A stretch of DNA of 61,151 bases. Origin: Azolla caroliniana. Taxonomy: Eukaryota > Plantae > Polypodiophyta. The notes beneath the pieces were generated by a model that had not been told where the DNA came from, made no database searches, and saw only the letters and a list, made by a program, of their open reading frames with translations. The stretch lies in the NCBI GenBank assembly GCA_043228905.1, contig JBHGNT010000175.1, positions 1 to 61,151 of the forward strand, read 5' to 3'. Position numbers and translations under genes: made by a program. This document shows, one piece after another, positions 41,101 to 56,600 of this stretch (positions within the stretch are counted from its first letter, which is position 1; every line of letters begins with the position of its first letter).

Positions 41101-44100
41101 CGAGCCAGGTATGAACATTTTAATTTACCTACAAGCTCTTCCCAACTCACTCCTCAAATTTGGTAATTTCGTCATATCTCTCGACCTGAGTTTCAAAATC
41201 TTGATTTTTTAATTCCATATCATAGCTAGCGTTGTTAGCTTCGATTCGCATGTTTGAACGCAAAAATCCGATATCACACGAACCAGGTATGAACATTTTA
41301 ATTTACCTACAAGCTCTTCCCAACTCACTCCTCAAATTTGGTAATTTCGTCATATCTCTCGACCTGAATTTCAAAATCTTGATTTTTTAATTCCATATCA
41401 TAGCTAGCGTTGTTAGCTTCGATTCGCATGCTTGAACACAGAAATCCGATATCACACTCCCCAGGTATGAACATTTTAATTTACTCAAGGGCTCCTCTGA
41501 ACTCCCTCCTCATGTTTGGTAATTTCGTCATGTCTCTCGACCTGAGTTTCAAAATCTTGATTTTTTAATTCCATATCATAGCTAGCGTTGTTAGCTTCGA
41601 TTCGCATGTTTGAACACAAAAATCCGATATCACACGAGCCAGGTATGAACATTTTAATTTAGTCAAGGGCTCCTCTGAACTCCCTCCTCATGTTTGGTAA
41701 TTTCGTCATGTCTCTCGACCTGAGTTTAAAAATCTTGATTTTTTAATTCCATATCGTAGCTAGCGTTGTTAGCTTCGATTCGCATGTTTGAACACAAAAA
41801 TCCGATATCACACGAGCCAGGTATGAACATTTTAATTTACCTACAAGCTCTTCCCAACTCACTCCTCAAATTTGGTAATTTCGTCATATCTCTCGACCTG
41901 AGTTTCAAAATCTTGATTTTTTAATTCCATATCATAGCTAGCATTGTTAGCTTCGATTCGCATGCTTGAACACAAAAATCCGATATCACACTCCCCAGGT
42001 ATGAACATTTTAATTTACTCAAGGGCTCCTCTGAACTCCCTCCTCATGTTTGGTAATTTCGTCATGTCTCTCGACCTGAGTTTCAAAATCTTGATTTTTT
42101 AATTCCATATCATAGCTAGCGTTGTTAGCTTCGATTCGCATGTTTGAACACAAAAATCCGATATCACACGAGCCAGGTATGAACATTTTAATTTACCTAC
42201 AAGCCCTTCCCAACTCAGTCCTCAAATTTGGTAATTTCGTCATATCTCTCGACCTGAGTTTCAAAATCTTGATTTTTTAATTCCATATCATAGCTAGCGT
42301 TGTTAGCTTCGATTCGCATGTTTGAACACAAAAATCCGATATCACACGAGCCAGGTATGAACATTTTAATTTACCTACTAGCTCTTCCCAACTCACTCCT
42401 CAAATTTGGTAATTTCGTCATGTCTCTCGACCTGAGTTTCAAAATCTTGATTTTTTAATTCCATATCATAGCTAGCATTGTTAGCTTCGATTCGCATGTT
42501 TGAACACAAAAATCCGATATCACACGAGCCAGGTATGAACATTTTAATTTACCTACAAGCTCTTCCCAACTCACTCCTCAAATTTGGTAATTTCGTCATA
42601 TCTCTCGACCTGAATTTCAAAATCTTGATTTTTTAATTCCATATCATAGCTAGCGTTGTTAGCTTCGATTCGCATGCTTGAACACAGAAATCCGATATCA
42701 CACTCCCCAGGTATGAACATTTTAATTTACTCAAGGGCTCCTCTGAACTCCCTCCTCATGTTTGGTAATTTCGTCATGTCTCTCGACCTGAGTTTCAAAA
42801 TCTTGATTTTTTAATTCCATATCATAGCTAGCATTGTTAGCTTCGATTCGCATGTTTGAACACAAAAATCCGATATCACACGAGCCAGGTATGAACATTT
42901 TAATTTACCTACAAGCTCTTCCCAACTCACTCCTCAAATTTGGTAATTTCGTCATATCTCTCGACCTGAGTTTCAAAATCTTGATTTTTTAATTCCATAT
43001 CATAGCTAGCGTTGTTAGCTTCGATTCGCATGTTTGAACGCAAAAATCCGATATCACACGAACCAGGTATGAACATTTTAATTTACCTACAAGCTCTTCC
43101 CAACTCACTCCTCAAATTTGGTAATTTCGTCATATCTCTCGACCTGAATTTCAAAATCTTGATTTTTTAATTCCATATCATAGCTAGCGTTGTTAGCTTC
43201 GATTCGCATGCTTGAACACAGAAATCCGATATCACACTCCCCAGGTATGAACATTTTAATTTACTCAAGGGCTCCTCTGAACTCCCTCCTCATGTTTGGT
43301 AATTTCGTCATGTCTCTCGACCTGAGTTTCAAAATCTTGATTTTTTAATTCCATATCATAGCTAGCGTTGTTAGCTTCGATTCGCATGTTTGAACACAAA
43401 AATCCGATATCACACGAGCCAGGTATGAACATTTTAATTTAGTCAAGGGCTCCTCTGAACTCCCTCCTCATGTTTGGTAATTTCGTCATGTCTCTCGACC
43501 TGAGTTTAAAAATCTTGATTTTTTAATTCCATATCGTAGCTAGCGTTGTTAGCTTCGATTCGCATGTTTGAACACAAAAATCCGATATCACACGAGCCAG
43601 GTATGAACATTTTAATTTACCTACAAGCTCTTCCCAACTCACTCCTCAAATTTGGTAATCTCGTCATATCTCTCGACCTGAGTTTCAAAATCTTGATTTT
43701 TTAATTCCATATCATAGCTAGCGTTGTTAGCTTCGATTCGCATGTTTGAACACAAAAATCCGATATCACACGAGCCAGGTATGAACATTTTAATTTACCT
43801 ACAAGCCCTTCCCAACTCACTCCTCAAATTTGGTAATTTCGTCATATCTCTCGACCTGAGTTTCAAAATCTTGATTTTTTAATTCCATATCATAGCTAGC
43901 GTTGTTAGCTTCGATTCGCATGTTTGAACACAAAAATCCGATATCACACGAGCCAGGTATGAACATTTTAATTTACCTACTAGCTCTTCCCAACTCACTC
44001 CTCAAATTTGGTAATTTCGTCATGTCTCTCGACCTGAGTTTCAAAATCTTGATTTTTTAATTCCATATCATAGCTAGCATTGTTAGCTTCGATTCGCATG

Positions 44101-47100
44101 TTTGAACACAAAAATCCGATATCACACGAGCCAGGTATGAACATTTTAATTTACCTACAAGCTCTTCCCAACTCACTCCTCAAATTTGGTAATTTCGTCA
44201 TATCTCTCGACCTGAATTTCAAAATCTTGATTTTTTAATTCCATATCATAGCTAGCGTTGTTAGCTTCGATTCGCATGCTTGAACACAGAAATCCGATAT
44301 CACACTCCCCAGGTATGAACATTTTAATTTACTCAAGGGCTCCTCTGAACTCCCTCCTCATGTTTGGTAATTTCGTCATGTCTCTCGACCTGAGTTTCAA
44401 AATCTTGATTTTTTAATTCCATATCATAGCTAGCATTGTTAGCTTCGATTCGCATGTTTGAACACAAAAATCCGATATCACACGAGCCAGGTATGAACAT
44501 TTTAATTTACCTACAAGCTCTTCCCAACTCACTCCTCAAATTTGGTAATTTCGTCATATCTCTCGACCTGAATTTCAAAATCTTGATTTTTTAATTCCAT
44601 ATCATAGCTAGCATTGTTAGCTTCGATTCGCATGTTTGAACACAAAAATCCGATATCACACGAGCCAGGTATGAACATTTTAATTTACCTACAAGCTCTT
44701 CCCAACTCACTCCTCAAATTTGGTAATTTCGTCATATCTCTCGACCTGAATTTCAAAATCTTGATTTTTTAATTCCATATCATAGCTAGCGTTGTTAGCT
44801 TCGATTCGCATGCTTGAACACAGAAATCCGATATCACACTCCCCAGGTATGAACATTTTAATTTACTCAAGGGCTCCTCTGAACTCCCTCCTCATGTTTG
44901 GTAATTTCGTCATGTCTCTGGACCTGAGTTTCAAAATCTTGATTTTTTAATTCCATATCATAGCTAGCATTGTTAGCTTCGATTCGCATGTTTGAACACA
45001 AAAATCCGATATCACACGAGCCAGGTATGAACATTTTAATTTACCTACAAGCTCTTCCCAACTCACTCCTCAAATTTGGTAATTTCGTCATATCTCTCGA
45101 CCTGAGTTTCAAAATCTTGATTTTTTAATTCCATATCATAGCTAGCGTTGTTAGCTTCGATTCGCATGTTTGAACGCAAAAATCCGATATCACACGAACC
45201 AGGTATGAACATTTTAATTTACCTACAAGCTCTTCCCAACTCACTCCTCAAATTTGGTAATTTCGTCATATCTCTCGACCTGAATTTCAAAATCTTGATT
45301 TTTTAATTCCATATCATAGCTAGCGTTGTTAGCTTCGATTCGCATGCTTGAACACAGAAATCCGATATCACACTCCCCAGGTATGAACATTTTAATTTAC
45401 TCAAGGGCTCCTCTGAACTCCCTCCTCATGTTTGGTAATTTCGTCATGTCTCTCGACCTGAGTTTCAAAATCTTGATTTTTTAATTCCATATCATAGCTA
45501 GCGTTGTTAGCTTCGATTCGCATGTTTGAACACAAAAATCCGATATCACACGAGCCAGGTATGAACATTTTAATTTAGTCAAGGGCTCCTCTGAACTCCC
45601 TCCTCATGTTTGGTAATTTCGTCATGTCTCTCGACCTGAGTTTAAAAATCTTGATTTTTTAATTCCATATCGTAGCTAGCGTTGTTAGCTTCGATTCGCA
45701 TGTTTGAACACAAAAATCCGATATCACACGAGCCAGGTATGAACATTTTAATTTACCTACAAGCTCTTCCCAACTCACTCCTCAAATTTGGTAATCTCGT
45801 CATATCTCTCGACCTGAGTTTCAAAATCTTGATTTTTTAATTCCATATCATAGCTAGCGTTGTTAGCTTCGATTCGCATGTTTGAACACAAAAATCCGAT
45901 ATCACACGAGCCAGGTATGAACATTTTAATTTACCTACAAGCCCTTCCCAACTCACTCCTCAAATTTGGTAATTTCGTCATATCTCTCGACCTGAGTTTC
46001 AAAATCTTGATTTTTTAATTCCATATCATAGCTAGCGTTGTTAGCTTCGATTCGCATGTTTGAACACAAAAATCCGATATCACACGAGCCAGGTATGAAC
46101 ATTTTAATTTACCTACTAGCTCTTCCCAACTCACTCCTCAAATTTGGTAATTTCGTCATGTCTCTCGACCTGAGTTTCAAAATCTTGATTTTTTAATTCC
46201 ATATCATAGCTAGCATTGTTAGCTTCGATTCGCATGTTTGAACACAAAAATCCGATATCACACGAGCCAGGTATGAACATTTTAATTTACCTACAAGCTC
46301 TTCCCAACTCACTCCTCAAATTTGGTAATTTCGTCATATCTCTCGACCTGAATTTCAAAATCTTGATTTTTTAATTCCATATCATAGCTAGCGTTGTTAG
46401 CTTCGATTCGCATGCTTGAACACAGAAATCCGATATCACACTCCCCAGGTATGAACATTTTAATTTACTCAAGGGCTCCTCTGAACTCCCTCCTCATGTT
46501 TGGTAATTTCGTCATGTCTCTCGACCTGAGTTTCAAAATCTTGATTTTTTAATTCCATATCATAGCTAGCATTGTTAGCTTCGATTCGCATGTTTGAACA
46601 CAAAAATCCGATATCACACGAGCCAGGTATGAACATTTTAATTTACCTACAAGCTCTTCCCAACTCACTCCTCAAATTTGGTAATTTCGTCATATCTCTC
46701 GACCTGAATTTCAAAATCTTGATTTTTTAATTCCATATCATAGCTAGCATTGTTAGCTTCGATTCGCATGTTTGAACACAAAAATCCGATATCACACGAG
46801 CCAGGTATGAACATTTTAATTTAGTCAAGGGCTCCTCTGAACTCCCTCCTCATGTTTGGTAATTTCGTCATGTCTCTCGACCTGAGTTTAAAAATCTTGA
46901 TTTTTTAATTCCATATCATAGCTAGCGTTGTTAGCTTCGATTCGCATGTTTGAACACAAAAATCCGATATCACACGAGCCAGGTATGAACATTTTAATTT
47001 ACCTACAAGCCCTTCCCAACTCAGTCCTCAAATTTGGTAATTTCGTCATATCTCTCGACCTGAGTTTCAAAATCTTGATTTTTTAATTCCATATCATAGC

Positions 47101-48899
47101 TAGCGTTGTTAGCTTCGATTCGCATGTTTGAACACAAAAATCCGATATCACACGAGCCAGGTATGAACATTTTAATTTACCTACTAGCTCTTCCCAACTC
47201 ACTCCTCAAATTTGGTAATTTCGTCATGTCTCTCGACCTGAGTTTCAAAATCTTGATTTTTTAATTCCATATCATAGCTAGCATTGTTAGCTTCGATTCG
47301 CATGTTTGAACACAAAAATCCGATATCACACGAGCCAGGTATGAACATTTTAATTTACCTACAAGCTCTTCCCAACTCACTCCTCAAATTTGGTAATTTC
47401 GTCATATCTCTCGACCTGAATTTCAAAATCTTGATTTTTTAATTCCATATCATAGCTAGCGTTGTTAGCTTCGATTCGCATGCTTGAACACAGAAATCCG
47501 ATATCACACTCCCCAGGTATGAACATTTTAATTTACTCAAGGGCTCCTCTGAACTCCCTCCTCATGTTTGGTAATTTCGTCATGTCTCTCGACCTGAGTT
47601 TCAAAATCTTGATTTTTTAATTCCATATCATAGCTAGCATTGTTAGCTTCGATTCGCATGTTTGAACACAAAAATCCGATATCACACGAGCCAGGTATGA
47701 ACATTTTAATTTACCTACAAGCTCTTCCCAACTCACTCCTCAAATTTGGTAATTTCGTCATATCTCTCGACCTGAGTTTCAAAATCTTGATTTTTTAATT
47801 CCATATCATAGCTAGCGTTGTTAGCTTCGATTCGCATGCTTGAACACAGAAATCCGATATCACACTCCCCAGGTATGAACATTTTAATTTACTCAAGGGC
47901 TCCTCTGAACTCCCTCCTCATGTTTGGTAATTTCGTCATGTCTCTCGACCTGAGTTTCAAAATCTTGATTTTTTAATTCCATATCATAGCTAGCATTGTT
48001 AGCTTCGATTCGCATGTTTGAACACAAAAATCCGATATCACACGAGCCAGGTATGAACATTTTAATTTACCTACAAGCTCTTCCCAACTCACTCCTCAAA
48101 TTTGGTAATTTCGTCATATCTCTCGACCTGAGTTTCAAAATCTTGATTTTTTAATTCCATATCATAGCTAGCGTTGTTAGCTTCGATTCGCATGTTTGAA
48201 CGCAAAAATCCGATATCACACGAACCAGGTATGAACATTTTAATTTACCTACAAGCTCTTCCCAACTCACTCCTCAAATTTGGTAATTTCGTCATATCTC
48301 TCGACCTGAATTTCAAAATCTTGATTTTTTAATTCCATATCATAGCTAGCGTTGTTAGCTTCGATTCGCATGCTTGAACACAGAAATCCGATATCACACT
48401 CCCCAGGTATGAACATTTTAATTTACTCAAGGGCTCCTCTGAACTCCCTCCTCATGTTTGGTAATTTCGTCATGTCTCTCGACCTGAGTTTCAAAATCTT
48501 GATTTTTTAATTCCATATCATAGCTAGCGTTGTTAGCTTCGATTCGCATGTTTGAACACAAAAATCCGATATCACACGAGCCAGGTATGAACATTTTAAT
48601 TTAGTCAAGGGCTCCTCTGAACTCCCTCCTCATGTTTGGTAATTTCGTCATGTCTCTCGACCTGAGTTTAAAAATCTTGATTTTTTAATTCCATATCGTA
48701 GCTAGCGTTGTTAGCTTCGATTCGCATGTTTGAACACAAAAATCCGATATCACACGAGCCAGGTATGAACATTTTAATTTACCTACAAGCTCTTCCCAAC
48801 TCACTCCTCAAATTTGGTAATCTCGTCATATCTCTCGACCTGAGTTTCAAAATCTTGATTTTTTAATTCCATATCATAGCTAGCGTTGTTAGCTTCGAT

Positions 48900-51800
48900 T
48901 CGCATGTTTGAACACAAAAATCCGATATCACACGAGCCAGGTATGAACATTTTAATTTACCTACAAGCCCTTCCCAACTCACTCCTCAAATTTGGTAATT
49001 TCGTCATATCTCTCGACCTGAGTTTCAAAATCTTGATTTTTTAATTCCATATCATAGCTAGCGTTGTTAGCTTCGATTCGCATGTTTGAACACAAAAATC
49101 CGTTATCACACGAGCCAGGTATGAACATTTTAATTTACCTACTAGCTCTTCCCAACTCACTCCTCAAATTTGGTAATTTCGTCATGTCTCTCGACCTGAG
49201 TTTCAAAATCTTGATTTTTTAATTCCATATCATAGCTAGCATTGTTAGCTTCGATTCGCATGTTTGAACACAAAAATCCGATATCACACGAGCCAGGTAT
49301 GAACATTTTAATTTACCTACAAGCTCTTCCCAACTCACTCCTCAAATTTGGTAATTTCGTCATATCTCTCGACCTGAATTTCAAAATCTTGATTTTTTAA
49401 TTCCATATCATAGCTAGCGTTGTTAGCTTCGATTCGCATGCTTGAACACAGAAATCCGATATCACACTCCCCAGGTATGAACATTTTAATTTACTCAAGG
49501 GCTCCTCTGAACTCCCTCCTCATGTTTGGTAATTTCGTCATGTCTCTCGACCTGAGTTTCAAAATCTTGATTTTTTAATTCCATATCATAGCTAGCATTG
49601 TTAGCTTCGATTCGCATGTTTGAACACAAAAATCCGATATCACACGAGCCAGGTATGAACATTTTAATTTACCTACAAGCTCTTCCCAACTCACTCCTCA
49701 AATTTGGTAATTTCGTCATATCTCTCGACCTGAATTTCAAAATCTTGATTTTTTAATTCCATATCATAGCTAGCGTTGTTAGCTTCGATTCGCATGCTTG
49801 AACACAAAAATCCGATATCACACTCCCCAGGTATGAACATTTTAATTTAGTCAAGGGCTCCTCTGAACTCCCTCTTCATGTTTGGTAATTTCGTCATGTC
49901 TCTCGACCTGAGTTTAAAAATCTTGATTTTTTAATTCCATATCGTAGCTAGCGTTGTTAGCTTCGATTCGCATGTTTGAACACAAAAATCCGATATCACA
50001 CGAGCCAGGTATGAACATTTTAATTTACCTACAAGCTCTTCCCAACTCACTCCTCAAATTTGGTAATTTCGTCATGTCTCTCGACCTGAGTTTCAAAATC
50101 TTGATTTTTTAATTCCATATCATAGCTAGCATTGTTAGCTTCGATTCGCATGTTTGAACACAAAAATCCGATATCACACGAGCCAGGTATGAACATTTTA
50201 ATTTACCTACAAGCTCTTCCCAACTCGCTCCTCAAATTTGGTAATTTCGTCATATCTCTCGACCTGAGTTTCAAAATCTTGATTTTTTAATTCCATATCA
50301 TAGCTAGCATTGTTAGCTTCGATTCGCATGTTTGAACACAAAAATCCGATATCACACGAGCCAGGTATGAACATTTTAATTTACCTACAAGCTCTTCCCA
50401 ACTCACTCCTCAAATTTGGTAATTTCGTCATATCTCTCGACCTGAGTTTCAAAATCTTGATTTTTTAATTCCATATCATAGCTAGCATTGTTAGCTTCGA
50501 TTCGCATGCTTGAACACAAAAATCCGATATCACACGAGCCAGGTATGAACATTTTAATTTACTCAAGGGCTCCTCTGAACTCCCTCCTCATGTTTGGTAA
50601 TTTCGTCATGTCTCTCGACCTGAATTTCAAAATCTTGATTTTTTAATTCCATATCATAGCTAGCGTTGTTAGCTTCGATTCGCATGTTTGAACACAAAAA
50701 TCCGATATCACACGAGCCAGGTATGAACATTTTAATTTACCTACAAGCCCTTCCCAACTCACTCCTCAAATTTGGTAATTTCGTCATGTCTCTCGACCTG
50801 AGTTTCAAAATCTTGATTTTTTAATTCCATATCATAGCTAGCATTGTTAGCTTCGATTCGCATGTTTGAACACAAAAATCCGATATCACACTCCCCAGGT
50901 ATGAACATTTTAATTTAGTCAAGGGCTCCTCTGAACTCCCTCTTCATGTTTGGTAATTTCGTCATGTCTCTCGACCTGAGTTTAAAAATCTTGATTTTTT
51001 AATTCCATATCGTAGCTAGCGTTGTTAGCTTCGATTCGCATGTTTGAACACAAAAATCCGATATCACACGAGCCAGGTATGAACATTTTAATTTACCTAC
51101 AAGCCCTTCCCAACTCACTCCTCAAATTTGGTAATTTCGTCATATCTCTCGACCTGAGTTTCAAAATCTTGATTTTTTAATTCCATATCATAGCTAGCGT
51201 TGTTAGCTTCGATTCGCATGTTTGAACACAAAAATCCGTTATCACACGAGCCAGGTATGAACATTTTAATTTACCTACTAGCTCTTCCCAACTCACTCCT
51301 CAAATTTGGTAATTTCGTCATGTCTCTCGACCTGAGTTTCAAAATCTTGATTTTTTAATTCCATATCATAGCTAGCATTGTTAGCTTCGATTCGCATGTT
51401 TGAACACAAAAATCCGATATCACACGAGCCAGGTATGAACATTTTAATTTACCTACAAGCTCTTCCCAACTCACTCCTCAAATTTGGTAATTTCGTCATA
51501 TCTCTCGACCTGAATTTCAAAATCTTGATTTTTTAATTCCATATCATAGCTAGCGTTGTTAGCTTCGATTCGCATGCTTGAACACAGAAATCCGATATCA
51601 CACTCCCCAGGTATGAACATTTTAATTTACTCAAGGGCTCCTCTGAACTCCCTCCTCATGTTTGGTAATTTCGTCATGTCTCTCGACCTGAGTTTCAAAA
51701 TCTTGATTTTTTAATTCCATATCATAGCTAGCATTGTTAGCTTCGATTCGCATGTTTGAACACAAAAATCCGATATCACACGAGCCAGGTATGAACATTT

Positions 51801-53020
51801 TAATTTACCTACAAGCTCTTCCCAACTCACTCCTCAAATTTGGTAATTTCGTCATATCTCTCGACCTGAATTTCAAAATCTTGATTTTTTAATTCCATAT
51901 CATAGCTAGCGTTGTTAGCTTCGATTCGCATGCTTGAACACAAAAATCCGATATCACACTCCCCAGGTATGAACATTTTAATTTAGTCAAGGGCTCCTCT
52001 GAACTCCCTCTTCATGTTTGGTAATTTCGTCATGTCTCTCGACCTGAGTTTAAAAATCTTGATTTTTTAATTCCATATCGTAGCTAGCGTTGTTAGCTTC
52101 GATTCGCATGTTTGAACACAAAAATCCGATATCACACGAGCCAGGTATGAACATTTTAATTTACCTACAAGCTCTTCCCAACTCACTCCTCAAATTTGGT
52201 AATTTCGTCATGTCTCTCGACCTGAGTTTCAAAATCTTGATTTTTTAATTCCATATCATAGCTAGCATTGTTAGCTTCGATTCGCATGTTTGAACACAAA
52301 AATCCGATATCACACGAGCCAGGTATGAACATTTTAATTTACCTACAAGCTCTTCCCAACTCGCTCCTCAAATTTGGTAATTTCGTCATATCTCTCGACC
52401 TGAGTTTCAAAATCTTGATTTTTTAATTCCATATCATAGCTAGCATTGTTAGCTTCGATTCGCATGTTTGAACACAAAAATCCGATATCACACGAGCCAG
52501 GTATGAACATTTTAATTTACCTACAAGCTCTTCCCAACTCACTCCTCAAATTTGGTAATTTCGTCATATCTCTCGACCTGAGTTTCAAAATCTTGATTTT
52601 TTAATTCCATATCATAGCTAGCATTGTTAGCTTCGATTCGCATGCTTGAACACAAAAATCCGATATCACACGAGCCAGGTATGAACATTTTAATTTACTC
52701 AAGGGCTCCTCTGAACTCCCTCCTCATGTTTGGTAATTTCGTCATGTCTCTCGACCTGAATTTCAAAATCTTGATTTTTTAATTCCATATCATAGCTAGC
52801 GTTGTTAGCTTCGATTCGCATGTTTGAACACAAAAATCCGATATCACACGAGCCAGGTATGAACATTTTAATTTACCTACAAGCCCTTCCCAACTCACTC
52901 CTCAAATTTGGTAATTTCGTCATGTCTCTCGACCTGAGTTTCAAAATCTTGATTTTTTAATTCCATATCATAGCTAGCATTGTTAGCTTCGATTCGCATG
53001 TTTGAACACAAAAATCCGAT
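48900..53020 (+). repeat. 12-monomer duplication (2136 bp)
   Basis: CCGTTATC 49100/51236, CCTCTTCATG 49871/52007 and CAACTCGCTC 50221/52357. Confidence 0.85.
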
Positions 53021-53699
53021 ATCACACGAGCCAGGTATGAACATTTTAATTTACCTACAAGCTCTTCCCAACTCACTCCTCAAATTTGGTAATTTCGTCA
53101 TATCTCTCGACCTGAATTTCAAAATCTTGATTTTTTAATTCCATATCATAGCTAGCGTTGTTAGCTTCGATTCGCATGCTTGAACACAGAAATCCGATAT
53201 CACACTCCCCAGGTATGAACATTTTAATTTACTCAAGGGCTCCTCTGAACTCCCTCCTCATGTTTGGTAATTTCGTCATGTCTCTCGACCTGAGTTTCAA
53301 AATCTTGATTTTTTAATTCCATATCATAGCTAGCATTGTTAGCTTCGATTCGCATGTTTGAACACAAAAATCCGATATCACACGAGCCAGGTATGAACAT
53401 TTTAATTTACCTACAAGCTCTTCCCAACTCACTCCTCAAATTTGGTAATTTCGTCATATCTCTCGACCTGAGTTTCAAAATCTTGATTTTTTAATTCCAT
53501 ATCATAGCTAGCGTTGTTAGCTTCGATTCCCATGCTTGAACACAAAAATCCGATATCACACGAGCCAGGTATGAACATTTTAATTTACTCAAGGGCTCCT
53601 CTGAACTCCCTCCTCATGTTTGGTAATTTCGTCATGTCTCTCGACCTGAGTTTCAAAATCTTGATTTTTTAATTCCATATCATAGCTAGCGTTGTTAGC

Positions 53700-56600
53700 T
53701 TCGATTCGCATGCTTGAACACAAAAATCCGATATCACACGAGCCAGGTATGAACATTTTAATTTACTCAAGGGCTCCTCTGAACTCCCTCCTCATGTTTG
53801 GTAATTTCGTCATGTCTCTCGACCTGAGTTTCAAAATCTTGATTTTTTAATTCCATATCATAGCTAGCATTGTTAGCTTCGATTCGCATGTTTGAACACA
53901 AAAATCCGATATCACACGAGCCAGGTATGAACATTTTAATTTACCTACTAGCTCTTCCCAACTCACTCCTCAAATTTGGTAATTTCGTCATGTCTCTCGA
54001 CCTGAGTTTCAAAATCTTGATTTTTTAATTCCATATCATAGCTAGCATTGTTAGCTTCGATTCGCATGTTTGAACACAAAAATCCGATATCACACGAGCC
54101 AGGTATGAACATTTTAATTTACCTACAAGCCCTTCCCAACTCACTCCTCAAATTTGGTAATTTCGTCATGTCTCTCGACCTGAGTTTCAAAATCTTGATT
54201 TTTTAATTCCATATCATAGCTAGCATTGTTAGCTTCGATTCGCATGTTTGAACACAAAAATCCGATATCACACGAGCCAGGTATGAACATTTTAATTTAC
54301 CTACAAGCTCTTCCCAACTCACTCCTCAAATTTGGTAATTTCGTCATATCTCTCGACCTGAATTTCAAAATCTTGATTTTTTAATTCCATATCATAGCTA
54401 GCGTTGTTAGCTTCGATTCGCATGCTTGAACACAGAAATCCGATATCACACTCCCCAGGTATGAACATTTTAATTTACTCAAGGGCTCCTCTGAACTCCC
54501 TCCTCATGTTTGGTAATTTCGTCATGTCTCTCGACCTGAGTTTCAAAATCTTGATTTTTTAATTCCATATCATAGCTAGCATTGTTAGCTTCGATTCGCA
54601 TGTTTGAACACAAAAATCCGATATCACACGAGCCAGGTATGAACATTTTAATTTACCTACAAGCTCTTCCCAACTCACTCCTCAAATTTGGTAATTTCGT
54701 CATATCTCTCGACCTGAGTTTCAAAATCTTGATTTTTTAATTCCATATCATAGCTAGCGTTGTTAGCTTCGATTCCCATGCTTGAACACAAAAATCCGAT
54801 ATCACACGAGCCAGGTATGAACATTTTAATTTACTCAAGGGCTCCTCTGAACTCCCTCCTCATGTTTGGTAATTTCGTCATGTCTCTCGACCTGAGTTTC
54901 AAAATCTTGATTTTTTAATTCCATATCATAGCTAGCGTTGTTAGCTTCGATTCGCATGCTTGAACACAAAAATCCGATATCACACGAGCCAGGTATGAAC
55001 ATTTTAATTTACTCAAGGGCTCCTCTGAACTCCCTCCTCATGTTTGGTAATTTCGTCATGTCTCTCGACCTGAGTTTCAAAATCTTGATTTTTTAATTCC
55101 ATATCATAGCTAGCATTGTTAGCTTCGATTCGCATGTTTGAACACAAAAATCCGATATCACACGAGCCAGGTATGAACATTTTAATTTACCTACTAGCTC
55201 TTCCCAACTCACTCCTCAAATTTGGTAATTTCGTCATGTCTCTCGACCTGAGTTTCAAAATCTTGATTTTTTAATTCCATATCATAGCTAGCATTGTTAG
55301 CTTCGATTCGCATGTTTGAACACAAAAATCCGATATCACACGAGCCAGGTATGAACATTTTAATTTACCTACAAGCTCTTCCCAACTCACTCCTCAAATT
55401 TGGTAATTTCGTCATATCTCTCGACCTGAGTTTCAAAATCTTGATTTTTTAATTCCATATCATAGCTAGCGTTGTTAGCTTCGATTCGCATGCTTGAACA
55501 CAAAAATCCGATATCACACTCCCCAGGTATGAACATTTTAATTTACTCAAGGGCTCCTCTGAACTCCCTGCTCATGTTTGGTAATTTCGTCATGTCTCTC
55601 GACCTGAGTTTCAAAATCTTGATTTTTTAATTCCATATCATAGCTAGCATTGTTAGCTTCGATTCGCATGTTTGAACACAAAAATCCGATATCACACGAG
55701 CCAGGTATGAACATTTTAATTTACCTACAAGCTCTTCCCAACTCACTCCTCAAATTTGGGAATTTCGTCATATCTCTCGACCTGAATTTCAAAATCTTGA
55801 TTTTTTAATTCCATATCATAGCTAGCGTTGTTAGCTTCGATTCGCATGCTTGAACACAGAAATCCGATATCACACGAGCCAGGTATGAACATTTTAATTT
55901 ACTCAAGGGCTCCTCTGAACTCCCTCCTCATGTTTGGTAATTTCGTCATGTCTCTCGACCTGAGTTTCAAAATCTTGATTTTTTAATTCCATATCATAGC
56001 TAGCATTGTTAGCTTCGATTCGCATGTTTGAACACAAAAATCCGATATCACACGAGCCAGGTATGAACATTTTAATTTACCTACTAGCTCTTCCCAACTC
56101 ACTCCTCAAATTTGGTAATTTCGTCATGTCTCTCGACCTGAGTTTCAAAATCTTGATTTTTTAATTCCATATCATAGCTAGCATTGTTAGCTTCGATTCG
56201 CATGTTTGAACACAAAAATCCGATATCACACGAGCCAGGTATGAACATTTTAATTTACCTACAAGCCCTTCCCAACTCACTCCTCAAATTTGGTAATTTC
56301 GTCATGTCTCTCGACCTGAGTTTCAAAATCTTGATTTTTTAATTCCATATCATAGCTAGCATTGTTAGCTTCGATTCGCATGTTTGAACACAAAAATCCG
56401 ATATCACACGAGCCAGGTATGAACATTTTAATTTACCTACAAGCTCTTCCCAACTCACTCCTCAAATTTGGTAATTTCGTCATATCTCTCGACCTGAATT
56501 TCAAAATCTTGATTTTTTAATTCCATATCATAGCTAGCGTTGTTAGCTTCGATTCGCATGCTTGAACACAGAAATCCGATATCACACTCCCCAGGTATGA

